A stretch of DNA of 64,000 nucleotides from an uncultured Planctomycetales bacterium (GTDB lineage Bacteria; Omnitrophota; Gorgyraeia; Zapsychrales; Aceulaceae): assembly GCA_964648665.1 (NCBI GenBank), contig CAZYOA010000009.1:83-64082 (forward strand), read 5' to 3'. How positions within the stretch are numbered: the stretch's first letter is position 1; every line of letters begins with the position of its first letter. Shown piece by piece: positions 1-8,370 of the stretch. The position numbers and the translations under genes were made by a program. The notes below the pieces were generated by a model. That model made no database searches. It saw nothing but the letters and a program-made list of their open reading frames with translations, and was not told the DNA's origin.

Positions 1-315
1 TCGCTCTGATCACTTTAAACAAACAAACATTATCAAAGCTAGCCTCTTAAATCTTACTTTATCAATAAAGGCGATCGATAAAGCCAGCCCACTGAATGTC
101 CTTTTAAAAAGCCCGTAGGCAAAACTCTTTAAAAGGGCCTGTTTGATTTAAACAGAAACTGTTTCGCTAGCGAAAATTGGGTTAACAATTTCGTTAGCTT
201 GCGCAATTAGGTTATCTGCGTTTATTATGTGCCTAGATATTTAACGAGGCCAACTAGACATCCTCGGCATGCCACTAATATCGGGTGAAGCTCAAGTCGA
301 AGCCGTGTCACCCCC
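1..315 (-). ncRNA. ssrA: tmRNA (SsrA), 5' portion; 3' tRNA-like end lies beyond the window start
   Basis: The minus strand from 315 downward reads GGGGGTGACACGGCTTCGACTTGAGC..., the canonical tmRNA 5' acceptor (GGGG.TGA...GG.TTCGAC). It lies 62 nt downstream of smpB on the same strand. An internal tag-like frame runs 219->148 (GCA GAT AAC ... GTT TAA). No T-arm or CCA is seen before position 1, so the gene is truncated. Confidence 0.85.
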
Positions 316-342
316 ATGTAAAAGAACGTAAACAATATTTTA

Positions 343-370
343 ATTATAGCTGATTTTATATGTTTTTCAA
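343..370 (-). promoter_or_regulatory. Putative sigma70-type promoter upstream of ssrA (TTGAAA-16 nt-TATAAT)
   Basis: The minus strand reads TTGAAA (370..365), a 16-nt spacer, then TATAAT (348..343), about 27 nt before the GGGGG start. A precursor trimmed by RNase P is plausible. AT-rich background makes chance matches possible. Confidence 0.4.
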
Positions 371-377
371 GGAATGG

Positions 378-842
378 TTAACTACGGGTTTTAAATGTGC
401 GAACAGCACGATCAAGCTGCTTATCAATATCACGCTTCTTAATTGTTTCACGCTTATCAAAAAATTTCTTACCCTTCACAAGTCCAATCTCAACTTTAAC
501 AAAATTACGTGCATTAAAATAAATCTTTGTTGGCACAAGCGTAAGACCTTTTTGCGTCATGCGTCCTAAAATCCTCTTAATTTCACTCTTATTTAAAAGA
601 AGCTTACGTTTTCGATCAGAATCCTCATTAAGATAACTAGCCTGTAAATACGGATTAATATGCAAATTATAAAGAAAAATTTCGTCTTTTTCAACGCGCG
701 CAAAACTATCTTTAAAATTCAACCCCCCATCTCGAATTGATTTTACTTCACTACCAGACAAAGCAATTCCACATTCCCACCGATCAACGATGAAATAATC
801 ACGAAATGCTTTTTTATTAGTTGATACATTTTTTGATTTCAA
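378..842 (-). CDS. smpB: SsrA-binding protein SmpB
   Basis: 154-aa ORF with NKKAFRDYFI...CGIALSGSEVKSIR and a basic C-terminal tail typical of SmpB. The only in-frame start is TTG at 842. The tmRNA gene is immediately downstream. Confidence 0.92.
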   Translation of the reverse strand: MKSKNVSTNKKAFRDYFIVDRWECGIALSGSEVKSIRDGGLNFKDSFARVEKDEIFLYNLHINPYLQASYLNEDSDRKRKLLLNKSEIKRILGRMTQKGLTLVPTKIYFNARNFVKVEIGLVKGKKFFDKRETIKKRDIDKQLDRAVRTFKTRS

Positions 843-844
843 AT

Positions 845-1804
845 TTAAAATCCCTTGCTTAACTGAATGTATATTGTTAAAAAAAGCGGCACAGTTATAA
901 GACCCAACAGATGCCCATACAAAATAGATTTACTTATAATTTTATCTTCAATATGGCAATATTTTGAAATAACAACCAAAGTTGTCGCACTCGGCACAAC
1001 AGATTCTAAGACAATTAAGAATCCTACCAATCCTTTTATCTTAAAAATAAAAACAACAGCCAATGCAACAAGCGGCAATACTATGATTTTAGTTAAGACC
1101 GAAGCTGCGATTTCTTTTCTATATTCATTAACCTTGAGACTCATTGAAGCCAAATTGCCTCCAACAACTAAAATCGCAATCGGCAATGCACACGCACCGA
1201 ACATTTCAACCGAAGACATCATGACCCCGGGAACAAAATCTTGAACATTAAAGAAAATCGCTGCTAAAGAAAAAAGTGTTGCAAGCATAGGTGGATTAAA
1301 AATATCCTTTGCCTTAACATCAGAAATCTCTTTTCCAGCCACAAGGCAAACACCAATAGACCAAATTGCAACATTAAATCCAATTAAGAAAAGAAAAATA
1401 TAAACATACATCTGTACTGCATCAATAGGATTAAACGTTTGAGCAACAATAACTAAAGGAATATATCCTGAGTTTTGAAAACTCATTAATGCTAAAATTT
1501 CTCTTTTGATTCTTTTGCTTTTAGTTAACCTGCATAATATTAGGCCTAATAAAAATCCGACAATAGCAATCGCAAAACTTAAAAGCGGAAATATCCACCA
1601 ATTTTCATATTCTGAAAAAGAAAAACTATCTAAGAACTCTGAGAAAATTAAACATGGTAAAAATACATACACCAAAAGCTTACTTAATGTTTTTAAATTC
1701 TCGTCTTTTAGGATGCCTTTTTTTCCCAAAGCATAGCCAACAGCGCCAATCATGAAAATTTGCAAAGTTGCAAGACCGATATTTTGAAATGATATATTTA
1801 ACAT
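845..1804 (-). CDS. AEC (auxin efflux carrier) family permease
   Basis: Polytopic membrane protein of about 10 hydrophobic segments with a layout like the Mem_trans/AEC family. The track start at 1822 is TTG. ATG at 1804 is preceded by AAGGA 6 nt upstream, so I prefer 1804. Confidence 0.7.
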   Translation of the reverse strand: MLNISFQNIGLATLQIFMIGAVGYALGKKGILKDENLKTLSKLLVYVFLPCLIFSEFLDSFSFSEYENWWIFPLLSFAIAIVGFLLGLILCRLTKSKRIKREILALMSFQNSGYIPLVIVAQTFNPIDAVQMYVYIFLFLIGFNVAIWSIGVCLVAGKEISDVKAKDIFNPPMLATLFSLAAIFFNVQDFVPGVMMSSVEMFGACALPIAILVVGGNLASMSLKVNEYRKEIAASVLTKIIVLPLVALAVVFIFKIKGLVGFLIVLESVVPSATTLVVISKYCHIEDKIISKSILYGHLLGLITVPLFLTIYIQLSKGF

Positions 1805-1905
1805 ATATTCCTTCTTAATCAAAATTTCATCAAAATATACTAATTTAATAAAATTTCTTTATTTTATAATTTGAAGATTTTATTAAGAACCAGTATAATA
1901 GCGAT

Positions 1906-1914
1906 ATTATACCA
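1906..1914 (-). promoter_or_regulatory. Putative extended -10 promoter element (TGG-TATAAT) for the AEC permease gene
   Basis: The minus strand reads TGTGGTATAAT. The TATAAT at 1911..1906 is one arm of the palindrome GTATAATA-GCGA-TATTATAC (1893..1912). Confidence 0.35.
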
Positions 1915-1966
1915 CAATGATCACTTGGCGCAATTTCTTCACTTTAAATATTAGAAAGCGAAATAA

Positions 1967-1995
1967 TTGACATAACAAAATTTTATCGATATACT
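1967..1995 (+). promoter_or_regulatory. Putative sigma70-type promoter for lpdA (TTGACA-17 nt-TATACT)
   Basis: TTGACA at 1967..1972, a 17-nt spacer, then TATACT at 1990..1995, about 87 nt before the ATG at 2082. A second candidate is TTGAAG(1871)-17-TATAAT(1894..1899). Confidence 0.45.
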
Positions 1996-2081
1996 TCTTT
2001 TTATAAAGCTAAAATGATCTAAAGAGCAAATTAAGCGACCTTAACTATTCAATAGCTTAATCAATTATTATTAAATAAACA

Positions 2082-3485
2082 ATGAATCAAAAAACACAAC
2101 TCGTTATTATTGGAGCAGGTCCTGCTGGATATCCGGCTGCTTTTTTAGCTGCTGATAAAGGCATAGACGTTACCCTTATTGACTCTACAGGAAAATTAGG
2201 CGGAACATGCCTTTATCATGGATGTATTCCCTCTAAGGCGCTTTTACACGTTGCTAAAATTATTTCTACCGCCAAGGATGCCTCTAAAATCGGAGTTGAT
2301 TTTGGTGAGCCTTCACTAGATCTTGATAAAATCTTATCTTTTAAAAATAAAGTCATCGCACGCCTTTCTTCTGGCCTTGATCTTCTAGCTAAAAAACGAA
2401 AAATTAATTTTATTCAAGGCTCTGCATCGTTCTTAAATGAAACATCTCTTAAAATAAAAACACAGAATGAAACCATCACTCTTGATTTTGAAAAATGTAT
2501 TGTCGCAACAGGTTCAATGCCAGCCAATCTATTTCCCAATACAGAAAAACACGATCGCATTATTTTTTCCGAGCAAGCGCTTCAGCTTAAAACAATTCCT
2601 AAAAAACTTTTAATTGTTGGCGGTGGCTATGTAGGCCTTGAGATGGCAACAATTTACTCCAGGCTTGGGTCTCAGGTTACAATTTGCGAACTTCAAGAAA
2701 ACATTCTTCCTGGAGTCGACAAAGATATTATTCCTATTATCTCTAAAAAGATTTCAAAAGCAGTTTCCAAAATTCTAACTTCTACAACAATAAAAAGTTA
2801 TGAAGCAAACGATCAAGGCGTTACTGCTATTTTTAATGGACCCGATGAAGAAATTTTTAAAGATACCTTTGATCAAATACTTATTTCTACAGGACGTATC
2901 CCTAATAATGAAAATCTTAATCTATCAAAAGCGAACATCACCATCGATCAAAAAGGCTTTATTGTCGTGGATAAGAACAACCAGACATCCACAAGCGATA
3001 TTTATGCCATTGGAGATATTGCCGGTGGATTACTTTTAGCTCATAAAGCCTCAGACGAAGCCCATCGCATCATTAAATTTATTACAAACTCAACAGATAA
3101 CCAATCTAAAGGAATTATTCCTTGTGTCATTTTTACAGATCCTGAAATTGCTTGGTGTGGCTTAACAGAGGCTGAAGCTGAAGAAAAGAATATTGAGATT
3201 AAAATATCAAAAACTTCGATGATGACCAACGGACGTGCCCTTGGCATCAATCAACCTGAAGGATTTACAAAAATACTCTTTGATCCAAAATCAGGAAACA
3301 TGCTTGGCGCTGTTGTCGTTGGCTCAGAAGCCGGAGAATTAATTGCACCAATCAGTCTTGCTCTACAAAATCAATTATCTGCAAAACAATTTGCAGGCTC
3401 TATTTTTGCTCACCCTACCCTATCTGAAACACTTAAAGAATGCGCTCAAAGCTTTCTGGGCACAAACCCGCACTCCATTAACTAA
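2082..3485 (+). CDS. lpdA: Dihydrolipoyl dehydrogenase (E3, pyridine nucleotide-disulfide oxidoreductase)
   Basis: FAD motif VIIGAGPAGY, redox-active disulfide GGTCLYHGCIPSKALL, NAD motif VGGGYVGLE and C-terminal HAHPTLSE dimerisation motif. Confidence 0.88.
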   Translation: MNQKTQLVIIGAGPAGYPAAFLAADKGIDVTLIDSTGKLGGTCLYHGCIPSKALLHVAKIISTAKDASKIGVDFGEPSLDLDKILSFKNKVIARLSSGLDLLAKKRKINFIQGSASFLNETSLKIKTQNETITLDFEKCIVATGSMPANLFPNTEKHDRIIFSEQALQLKTIPKKLLIVGGGYVGLEMATIYSRLGSQVTICELQENILPGVDKDIIPIISKKISKAVSKILTSTTIKSYEANDQGVTAIFNGPDEEIFKDTFDQILISTGRIPNNENLNLSKANITIDQKGFIVVDKNNQTSTSDIYAIGDIAGGLLLAHKASDEAHRIIKFITNSTDNQSKGIIPCVIFTDPEIAWCGLTEAEAEEKNIEIKISKTSMMTNGRALGINQPEGFTKILFDPKSGNMLGAVVVGSEAGELIAPISLALQNQLSAKQFAGSIFAHPTLSETLKECAQSFLGTNPHSIN

Positions 3486-3538
3486 AAGCCTTCCTAGCGT
3501 TTTAAATTAATTTATTTTAAAAGAATTCTATCTTGAAA

Positions 3539-5080
3539 TTAGTGAAGAGAGGAATTAGAGATTGGAAACTTCAGACAAAATCGTACACCTTTTTGATGGT
3601 CATCTTTTTCATTCATATTTTCAACATTAATAACACCACCATGATCTGCAATCAAATCTCGACATAAAGCAAGGCCAATACCTGTGCCTTTTACGCTGCT
3701 TGAGACAAAAGGTTCAAACATGTTGCTCATCTGCTCTTCTGTTAACATTGGTCCTGTATTCTCAAAAACAACAAAAACTTCATTAGCCGAAGAATCTAAA
3801 CCTGAAATTATTTTTATATATCGTTTTTCACCTCTTGGAAGTTGGTTCATGGCTTCTAGAGCATTAACAACAATATTCATAAATGTTTCCTGAAGATGAA
3901 CCGCATCAGCATAAACTTTCGGCAAATTTCCTTCTCTATCAAAATCCCAATTTACACGCTTTATGCGAAGTTCGTCTTTAAGAAGACGAATTGCTCTTTC
4001 CATACAATTATTAACACAAACATTCTCTTTCTTAACTTCTCTATGACGCATCAAATCCATCAAATCATTAAGCATTTCTTTAATATATGTAGATTGCTCA
4101 AGAATTAAATCAACAGTTTTATAATACCGATCTTCTTCACCCATTTCCTTCTTCATGAATTTTACAAGTCCATGCATAGCTGTAATTGGCTGACAAATTT
4201 GATGTAAAATGCCAGCTGACAATGAAGAAAATATCGAAGCTTTCCCGAGATCAACAAGCTTAAGCTTCATGTTTTCTGCTTGTTGCTTAGCGGTGTTAGT
4301 CTCTTCATCTTTAAGACGAACTTTGGTTGTAACTTTTCTAATCTCAAGCAAGAATGCAACGTTGTGAAATTTTACAAGTGCATACGACATGATAATAACC
4401 GCAAGAAAAAGACATGTCGGTCCTAAAGGATAAATGCTAAATCCATAATTATTTAAAATTGTAATATTGCTAACGGCTGCTAAGCAAAACGCAACCATTA
4501 CAAGCTGAAGTTTTCGTCGATAAGCGAGATCGGACTCTCTTCGCTGTGGAGCCTTAGAAAAATTTAAATAATGCTTTAAAATATTTAAAACTGCATAGAT
4601 AGAACAGAAAAGGCTAAATCCAAGAAAAGCCCATTGAACATTCTTCGCCCCTGGAGAAAATCCCCATGGATACTCAACAATACCAGTGAAGAATGGATCT
4701 ATCCAAGATTTAATTAAAAGCAGAATAACGCCAAAATAAACAATCCAAAGAAAAAATCTTTTTTGCTTATAATGATTCGTAACGATGATGGAAAGGTGCA
4801 GCAACGTTGCAGGCACTAAGACCATGCTCAAAAAAACGATTTTTCCCCAAAAAAATGTTACAGGGTCAACCCAAGCATTTAATCCTAAAGCAAAGCTTAG
4901 AAACCAAAGCGCAGAACTCATATAAAAATAACAAATGGAACGATGAAAACTTAAACGCGTTCCAAGACCAATAACAAAAAGGGCAAAAAAGAAAGAAATA
5001 CTAAAAAAAACAAACGGAATCAATGAGGAAATATTAAAGTAATAGTATGGAGATTGAATAACGTGTATAAGATCTATCAT
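3539..5080 (-). CDS. Sensor histidine kinase with polytopic N-terminal membrane domain
   Basis: About 235 aa with multiple TM helices, a coiled-coil linker, an H-box-like LSAGILHQICQPITAM and an HATPase_c G-box GTGIGLALCRDLIADHGG. Confidence 0.8.
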   Translation of the reverse strand: MIDLIHVIQSPYYYFNISSLIPFVFFSISFFFALFVIGLGTRLSFHRSICYFYMSSALWFLSFALGLNAWVDPVTFFWGKIVFLSMVLVPATLLHLSIIVTNHYKQKRFFLWIVYFGVILLLIKSWIDPFFTGIVEYPWGFSPGAKNVQWAFLGFSLFCSIYAVLNILKHYLNFSKAPQRRESDLAYRRKLQLVMVAFCLAAVSNITILNNYGFSIYPLGPTCLFLAVIIMSYALVKFHNVAFLLEIRKVTTKVRLKDEETNTAKQQAENMKLKLVDLGKASIFSSLSAGILHQICQPITAMHGLVKFMKKEMGEEDRYYKTVDLILEQSTYIKEMLNDLMDLMRHREVKKENVCVNNCMERAIRLLKDELRIKRVNWDFDREGNLPKVYADAVHLQETFMNIVVNALEAMNQLPRGEKRYIKIISGLDSSANEVFVVFENTGPMLTEEQMSNMFEPFVSSSVKGTGIGLALCRDLIADHGGVINVENMNEKDDHQKGVRFCLKFPISNSSLH

Positions 5081-5130
5081 TTAGAACGATTATAACATAA
5101 AAGAAATTAAATAAGATTGTTTATCTGCAA

Positions 5131-5571
5131 TTATTTTGGCTGAATTAATATTTGTGCGCCATCACCCACATTGATATCGTAAACATCCGCAAATCCTGCA
5201 TTCACCTCTAAAACATATCGAGCAGGTTGACTGCTACCATATGTCGGACAAGATTCCGAAAGGCATGGCGGTGCACTTTTTTCAATATAAATAACTTCTC
5301 CAGCGTTATTAAGCCAAATAATGTCTAGCGGAATAAGCGTATTTTTCATCCAAAATTTTGCTTCGGCCGGTTGATCAAATATGAAAAGCATGCCAACATC
5401 TTTATCTAAACTTTTTCGATATTGAAGGCCTTGAGACAACTCTTCGGACGTTTGAGCAAGCTCAATTGAAACGCATTTAGAATCAAAACAAGCCTGCGAT
5501 TGCTTCTGTTGGCACCCAACAAAAGTAAAACAAATTAAAAATAGTCCAAAAATAATAGAGCGCTTCATCAT
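5131..5571 (-). CDS. DUF192-family lipoprotein
   Basis: Lipoprotein signal MMKRSIIFGLFLICFTFVGC, plus DUF192-like MLFIF...FWMKNTLIPLDIIW...YVLEV. Confidence 0.7.
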   Translation of the reverse strand: MMKRSIIFGLFLICFTFVGCQQKQSQACFDSKCVSIELAQTSEELSQGLQYRKSLDKDVGMLFIFDQPAEAKFWMKNTLIPLDIIWLNNAGEVIYIEKSAPPCLSESCPTYGSSQPARYVLEVNAGFADVYDINVGDGAQILIQPK

Positions 5572-6911
5572 AAAGCTCCTTCCTCCTCAGTTAAACGAAT
5601 GTAATCTCTAAATGTTGTTTCTCCGTTGATTTCTTGATTAACCGTTGAAATACGTTGAGTTGTATACGGATGTGTCCGCCAATAGCTAAAACGATGTATC
5701 GGTTTTTCTGAATTAATTTGATGTAATTTTTCTAAGAACCTTTTCATCTCGCTTGGATCATATCCTGCTTTTTTCATATACTTTACTGCTAATCGATCAG
5801 CCATAAATTCATTGTCTTTTGAATATCCAGTTATAATTGATCCAAACGCTAAATTAATTCCTGGACTCAAGTTAGAATTTCCACTCGTTATCGCTAAAAC
5901 TTGAAGTAAATTATACCCATATTGAGCTTGTAATTGTTTCATTGCGTGCTTAGACGTAATATGACCAAATTCATGAGCAATAACCCCTGCAAGCTGATCA
6001 TCGTTTTCAACCGCATCAATAAGACCCTGATAAAGATAAACAGATCCACCAGGAAGTGCAAAAGCATTAACCTCATCTTTGTTGATAACCTGAACTGTAT
6101 AAAAAATTTCTGTCCGATCACAAACATTTTCAATTCTTTTCGCAATCCTTGAAACACGCTGATTAACATCTACATCTGTATTAATTTCATACTCTGCATT
6201 GATATAACGCGCAATCGACTCTCCAATGGCAACTTCCTTCTTCGTGTTAAACAAAAGCGTTTCTTGTTGTTGTGTCGCTAAATTATATTCGCTCGTAACG
6301 CATCCAGAGAAATAAAAACACATCAAAACCAATAAAATGTTTATTCCAAACTTCTTAAGCATTTCTCGTAATCGTGCCATAGGAAGACCGACGACATTAA
6401 AATAACATCCTTCAATGCGTTTAATAAAAAAAGCGCCTCTTCCCTCAATGTCAAATCCTCCAGCCTTATCTTTAGCCGAGGTTGTTTTATAATAACGATC
6501 AATTTCTTGATCACTCAAGCTAGACATATAAACTTTTGTTTTTTCAAAACCAACAAGTTGTTTTTTTGTTTGAGCATCAACAACGGCAAGACCCGAATAC
6601 ACCCACTGCGGATTCTGACTAAGCATTTTTAAATTCTTCTTAGCTTCTTTTAAACTTTTTGGCTTACCGATAATTTTCTGACCATTAGCGTACACAAGTG
6701 TATCGCAACCGATAACGATGCCGCTTTTTATACGAGACGCAACATCTCTTGCCTTTAAAAGTGCATTTTTTTGAACTAGATCTGCGCACCCTCTTGTAGA
6801 GCTTGCGAGCTCTTCAGCTTTGCTAGGAATAACGCAAAACGGAACGCCAAGCTGTTTTAAAAGACGCTTACGGTGAACAGATTGCGAAGCTAAAATAAGT
6901 TTAGAATTCAT
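5568..6911 (-). CDS. maf: Maf-like nucleotide pyrophosphatase (aa 1-~190) read through in frame into an M48 zinc metalloprotease lipoprotein (aa ~184-447)
   Basis: The N-terminus LILASQSVHRKRLL...GCDT...GAFFIKRIEGCYFNVVGLP is Maf/YhdE-like. An internal MLKKFGINILLVLMCFYFSGC is a complete lipoprotein signal (ATG at 6362). The C-terminal part has the HEFGH zinc motif of M48 peptidases. No stop codon lies between the two parts. Confidence 0.75.
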   Translation of the reverse strand: MNSKLILASQSVHRKRLLKQLGVPFCVIPSKAEELASSTRGCADLVQKNALLKARDVASRIKSGIVIGCDTLVYANGQKIIGKPKSLKEAKKNLKMLSQNPQWVYSGLAVVDAQTKKQLVGFEKTKVYMSSLSDQEIDRYYKTTSAKDKAGGFDIEGRGAFFIKRIEGCYFNVVGLPMARLREMLKKFGINILLVLMCFYFSGCVTSEYNLATQQQETLLFNTKKEVAIGESIARYINAEYEINTDVDVNQRVSRIAKRIENVCDRTEIFYTVQVINKDEVNAFALPGGSVYLYQGLIDAVENDDQLAGVIAHEFGHITSKHAMKQLQAQYGYNLLQVLAITSGNSNLSPGINLAFGSIITGYSKDNEFMADRLAVKYMKKAGYDPSEMKRFLEKLHQINSEKPIHRFSYWRTHPYTTQRISTVNQEINGETTFRDYIRLTEEEGAL

Positions 6912-7459
6912 TAGTTTAAGAATTCAGTTATTTGAAATATTGATTCTAAAGGACAGCCATACGCTTTTACAGCTTCTTCAGCGCCTTCTTGGCGATCAAC
7001 AATGCAAATAGCTTTGGCAACATCAATCTCTGCTTTTTTCATTACTTCTAAAGATTGAACAAAAGCCTTTCCTGTTGTTGCCACATCATCAATCAAAATA
7101 ACTTTAGAACCCTTGGCAATATCTGGTCCCTCAATTTGCTGTTGCTTGCCATGAGCCTTTGGTGCTTTTCGAATAATAAAAGTGTTTATCGGGTTGCCAT
7201 TCTGGAAACTTTGAGATGCAATAGCTCCAACAAAAGGATCCGCTCCTAAAGTTGGACCTCCGACAAAAATAACATGATCATCTTTAATCATATCTAAAAT
7301 AATTTTTGCACAAAGATATGCTCCTTCAGCTGCCAAAGTTACTCGACGAGCATCAATATAATAATCACTTTCTTTACCAGAAGAGAGAATAATTTTTTCT
7401 TTAAAGAATGCGTCTTTCTTTAGAATTTCTAAAAGACGTATTTTATCTTGATCCACCAT
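6911..7459 (-). CDS. pyrE: Orotate phosphoribosyltransferase
   Basis: 182 aa with the PRPP-binding motif VILIDDVATTGKA. AGGAG SD upstream of ATG 7459. Confidence 0.88.
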   Translation of the reverse strand: MVDQDKIRLLEILKKDAFFKEKIILSSGKESDYYIDARRVTLAAEGAYLCAKIILDMIKDDHVIFVGGPTLGADPFVGAIASQSFQNGNPINTFIIRKAPKAHGKQQQIEGPDIAKGSKVILIDDVATTGKAFVQSLEVMKKAEIDVAKAICIVDRQEGAEEAVKAYGCPLESIFQITEFLN

Positions 7460-7593
7460 AGAGATAAATCTCCTTTCTTTTTTCTTAAATTTAAAATCTT
7501 GAAGTTATTATACGATGTTTTACTTTCTCTTACAAGAACTGTCAAAAAGAAATAACTTTCAAGATTAAGAAGTCTTTGACCTTAAAATAAGAC

Positions 7594-8364
7594 ATGCTAA
7601 AATATAGTTGCTGTCGTAATAGAAATATTTTTACGATGAATACTTTTTTAAAACAGTTAAATTGCGGACTTTCTTCTTTAGTCTATCCAGACAACTGCAT
7701 TTTATGCAAAACACCAAACACAAAGAATTCTTCTTTTGTTTGTTGCCGATGCCAAAATACTATCATTTTAAACATTCCTCCTTTTTGTGCAAAATGCTCT
7801 CGACACCTTAAAGATCCTAGCGAAAGCTCTCTTTGTCTTCAATGTCAAAAAACTCTACCCAATTTTGATTTCGCATGGGCACCTACAAGATATACAGATA
7901 ACATGCGACACCTAATTCATTTATTTAAATATAAAAACAAAACTGCTCTTCGTCACCTTTTTTTCAATCTTTTAGTTTCTTTTATAAAAGATTACAATAT
8001 TAATATAAATCAATTTGATTTTATTATGCCTGTACCCTTACATCCAACAAGGCTACGTGAACGACAATACAATCAAACCCAATTATTAGCTAAAATGCTA
8101 TCAAAGAAATTTCATATTCCAATGCTGGAAAACACTCTCTTTCGCCATAAACACACCAAAGCACAAGCCTTGCTTAATGAAAAAGAGCGCTGGACAAATG
8201 TAAAAGACGCCTTTAGAATAAGACATTCATCAAATCTTTTTAATAAATCTATTCTTATCGTAGACGATCTTATTACAACCAGTGCAACAGCTTGTGAAAT
8301 TGCACAAACGATAAAAAAAGCACAAGTAAAACAAATAGGAATTTTAGCTCTCTCGATAACCTAA
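7594..8364 (+). CDS. comF: ComF-family phosphoribosyltransferase-like protein
   Basis: N-terminal Cys-rich zinc-finger pairs (CILC...CCRC...CAKC...CLQC) and C-terminal PRTase motif ILIVDDLITTSAT. The start is uncertain (ATG 7594 or 7636). A TTGACC-16-TAAAAT promoter-like match at 7576..7603 overlaps the first ATG. Confidence 0.78.
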   Translation: MLKYSCCRNRNIFTMNTFLKQLNCGLSSLVYPDNCILCKTPNTKNSSFVCCRCQNTIILNIPPFCAKCSRHLKDPSESSLCLQCQKTLPNFDFAWAPTRYTDNMRHLIHLFKYKNKTALRHLFFNLLVSFIKDYNININQFDFIMPVPLHPTRLRERQYNQTQLLAKMLSKKFHIPMLENTLFRHKHTKAQALLNEKERWTNVKDAFRIRHSSNLFNKSILIVDDLITTSATACEIAQTIKKAQVKQIGILALSIT

Positions 8365-8370
8365 AAATAT

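Noticed and set aside
867-1244. 125-aa + strand ORF, and many similar 60-160-aa ORFs antisense to longer genes (e.g. 1506..1736, 13297..13683, 37519..37929, 40125..40448, 43269..43742, 44652..44906, 56193..56552, 59758..60006)
   Set aside because: Each lies entirely inside, and opposite to, a longer ORF with clear family motifs. Their translations are low-complexity (N/I/F/S-rich), as expected for shadow frames in AT-rich DNA. No motifs or RBS are present.
1917-1970. 17-codon + strand mini-ORF (MITWRNFFTLNIRKRNN) downstream of the distal lpdA promoter candidate
   Set aside because: It has no Shine-Dalgarno and no recognisable leader-peptide logic, and such short ORFs are expected by chance. 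It is kept only as a note.
3486-3538. AT-only imperfect palindrome (TTTTAAATTAATTTATTTTAAAA) between the convergent lpdA and histidine kinase genes, as a bidirectional terminator
   Set aside because: The stem would be entirely A-T and imperfect, so it is not distinguishable from background in this AT-rich sequence.
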